A stretch of DNA of 64,000 nt, from assembly GCA_946965045.2 (NCBI GenBank), contig OX337235.1:2604001-2668000 (forward strand), in the 5' to 3' direction. Numbering within the stretch: position 1 is the first letter of the stretch; every line of letters starts with the position of its first letter. Below, in pieces: positions 62,308 through 64,000 of this stretch. The position numbers and the translations under genes are program-made. Source of the DNA: Epithemia pelagica (lineage: Eukaryota; Protista; Bacillariophyta). The notes below the pieces were generated by a model. The model made no database searches, was not told where the DNA came from, and saw only the letters and a list, made by a program, of their open reading frames with translations.

Positions 62308-63105
62308 ATGGCATCTTCAGGCTCCGGATATGATTTGTCGGCTTCGACTTTCAGTCCTGATGGTCGGATTTTTCAGGTAGAATACGCCAGTAAGGCAGTA
62401 GAGAATGGTGGTACTGTTGTTGGAATCAAGGCCTCGGACGGTGTCGTGCTTGGAGTGAGCAAGCCGCTTTTGCACAAAATGATTGTAGCATCGACAGGTA
62501 GCTACAAGCGTATTCACAACATTGACGTACATGCTGGGATAGCCAGTACCGGTTTCCTTCCTGATACTCGTGTCCTGGTCGGTCGTGCTGTCGACGAAGC
62601 TGTGGACTGGCAAGAAAACTATGGTTCCAAGATACCCCCCCACATCCTTGCGGATCGCTTGGGCCACTACGTGCATTATTTCACGCTACATGGTGCGTTG
62701 CGTCCCTTTGGTGCATCCAGTGTTCTTGGAGCGTACGATAGCGAAGAAAAGAAATACAGTTTGTTTATGGTGGAAACGAACGGTGCTGCGTACTCTTTCT
62801 ATGGTGTAGCTACTGGAAAGGGAAAGCAAGCTGCCAAGACTGAGCTGGAAAAGCTCGACTTGCACAAGCAACCGTGCACGTCAGCGGAAGCCGTCAAACA
62901 CATCGCAAAGATATTGACCTTGCTGCACAACGAAAACAAGGACAACGAAGGGAAAGCTCTTGAGCTTGAAATCTCTTGGATATGCGAAGCGAGTGGTCAA
63001 AAACATGTGGGTGTCCCGAAAGAAACAATCAAGGAAGCAATGGCTTGGGCGAACGAACAATTAGAAGAAGAGGACGATGATGCCGAAGAGATGGAGGAAG
63101 GATAG
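62308..63105 (+). CDS. PSMA3: 20S proteasome subunit alpha type 3 (alpha-7)
   Basis: GSGYDLSASTFSPDGRIFQVEYASKAVE, LRPFGASSV, GKGKQAAKTELEKL, ELEISWI, acidic tail. Confidence 0.95.
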   Translation: MASSGSGYDLSASTFSPDGRIFQVEYASKAVENGGTVVGIKASDGVVLGVSKPLLHKMIVASTGSYKRIHNIDVHAGIASTGFLPDTRVLVGRAVDEAVDWQENYGSKIPPHILADRLGHYVHYFTLHGALRPFGASSVLGAYDSEEKKYSLFMVETNGAAYSFYGVATGKGKQAAKTELEKLDLHKQPCTSAEAVKHIAKILTLLHNENKDNEGKALELEISWICEASGQKHVGVPKETIKEAMAWANEQLEEEDDDAEEMEEG

Positions 63106-63194
63106 TATCAGTGTTTTAATAGGGTGAAACTCAATTTTCGTCAGACCCAATGATTATTCTAGGAGACGAACTAAAGCATAAAAACAACAGCAGC

Positions 63195-64000
63195 TCAAGC
63201 AGTTTCTTCCCCTTCTTCCTTCTTGTCTATTAAAGTGTTTCCATCATCATCTTGTTGCGCAAGCATGGCTTCGAAGGCCTCTAATAGCTTGGGGGCAGTT
63301 GGTACGTCTAGTGAAATGTCTTCCAGAATCTGGTGAACACGAGCGACTCCTTTCTTTACCTGGTAAGACGAAACAATAGCATTCCGCACCAGGAAACCGA
63401 AGAGAGCTGCCATCGCATCCAGGTTAGACAAAGCACCAGCATCATCAGGTGCTTTCATCCCGTCCACTTCCATTGCGCCTTTTATTCCTCGTTTGATGAG
63501 TTCATGGTGGAAGTGTCGACATTCTAACTCCTTTACACACCGCGCAGCTTCGTCCAGTTCCCGACTCATCAGATACTCTTGGAGGAGCTGGTCCATTCCA
63601 ACCTTGAGCTCAGCAACTGGGCGACCATCACCAGGACCCCAAACCCTCTCCAAACGGGCATTACAATGCTCACGGCTCAAAAGATTGACAGCCTTCTCAA
63701 TAACCACATCACCTGGCCGCTCATTGTTCTGTTCCGATAAGAAAGCAGGTGAAAGAACCTCGTCAACAACAGCTCTCGCCAGAAAGGTAGCCACCATTGT
63801 CTACGGAATTGAGTCAAAATGCTTGAAACAGTAAAACAGTAGGTAGAGCCCCATACATCCAGCATGTACTTACATGTGCGTCAGGTACATCTGTCGTGAG
63901 ATCATCAAGGCTATCAAGCAAGGCGACAAAGCCTGCTTCCATTTCCTCCATAGACAAGGGAGTTGGATGCAAACACGTGAGTAAACGGCTTATCAACTCA
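63195..64000 (-). CDS. MA3-domain protein (PDCD4-like), 5' part outside window; exons >64000-63874, 63800-63195
   Basis: Intron GTAAGT...GTAG (63873-63801) is in phase 0. GFVALLDSLDDLTTDVPDA...FLARAVVDEVLSPAF and LLQEYLMSRELDEAARCVKELECRHFHHELIK are MA3 repeats. Confidence 0.88.

Overview
Eukaryotic, gene-dense nuclear DNA. It is most consistent with a pennate diatom: bipartite signal peptide + ASAFAP-like plastid presequences, 61-101 nt GT-AG introns, and a CoDi-like Ty1/copia element. The window holds about 28 host genes or gene fragments. These include UNC-45, eIF2B-delta, a CCB2/CCB4-family protein, a SpoU methyltransferase, a PsbP-like protein, a HECT E3 ligase, a RidA-family protein, TrpD, an HHL1-like protein, a TALE homeobox protein, proteasome alpha-7 and an MA3-domain protein. 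It also holds two apparently intact mobile elements. (1) A very young Ty1/copia LTR retrotransposon (8568-14755) with identical 217-bp LTRs, a GGTTG target-site duplication and a half-tRNAi-Met primer site. Its gag and pol are in the same frame, separated by one UGA in a UGA-C context, followed after 7 nt by a 13-bp extended stem-loop, which is the signature of programmed stop-codon readthrough. (2) A Mutator-like element (about 27165-32696) with an intact DDE/SWIM transposase and short degenerate inverted ends. It carries internal tandem repeats and a convergent 519-aa accessory ORF with a PHD/ADD-like Cys finger and a C-terminal HxD motif, a candidate transposon-borne chromatin or anti-silencing factor. 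Other oddities: a carrier-family transporter with an apparent thylakoid-lumen signal and phage-like GxGY beta repeats; a WH2-like + Cys-degenerate nucleoredoxin fusion; a tandem pair of single-pass proteins sharing Tyr-based tail motifs; a membrane-anchored lipase with Cys-knot repeats; and a probable prokaryote-derived gene. All family assignments come from motif recognition by eye; no database search or folding program was run.
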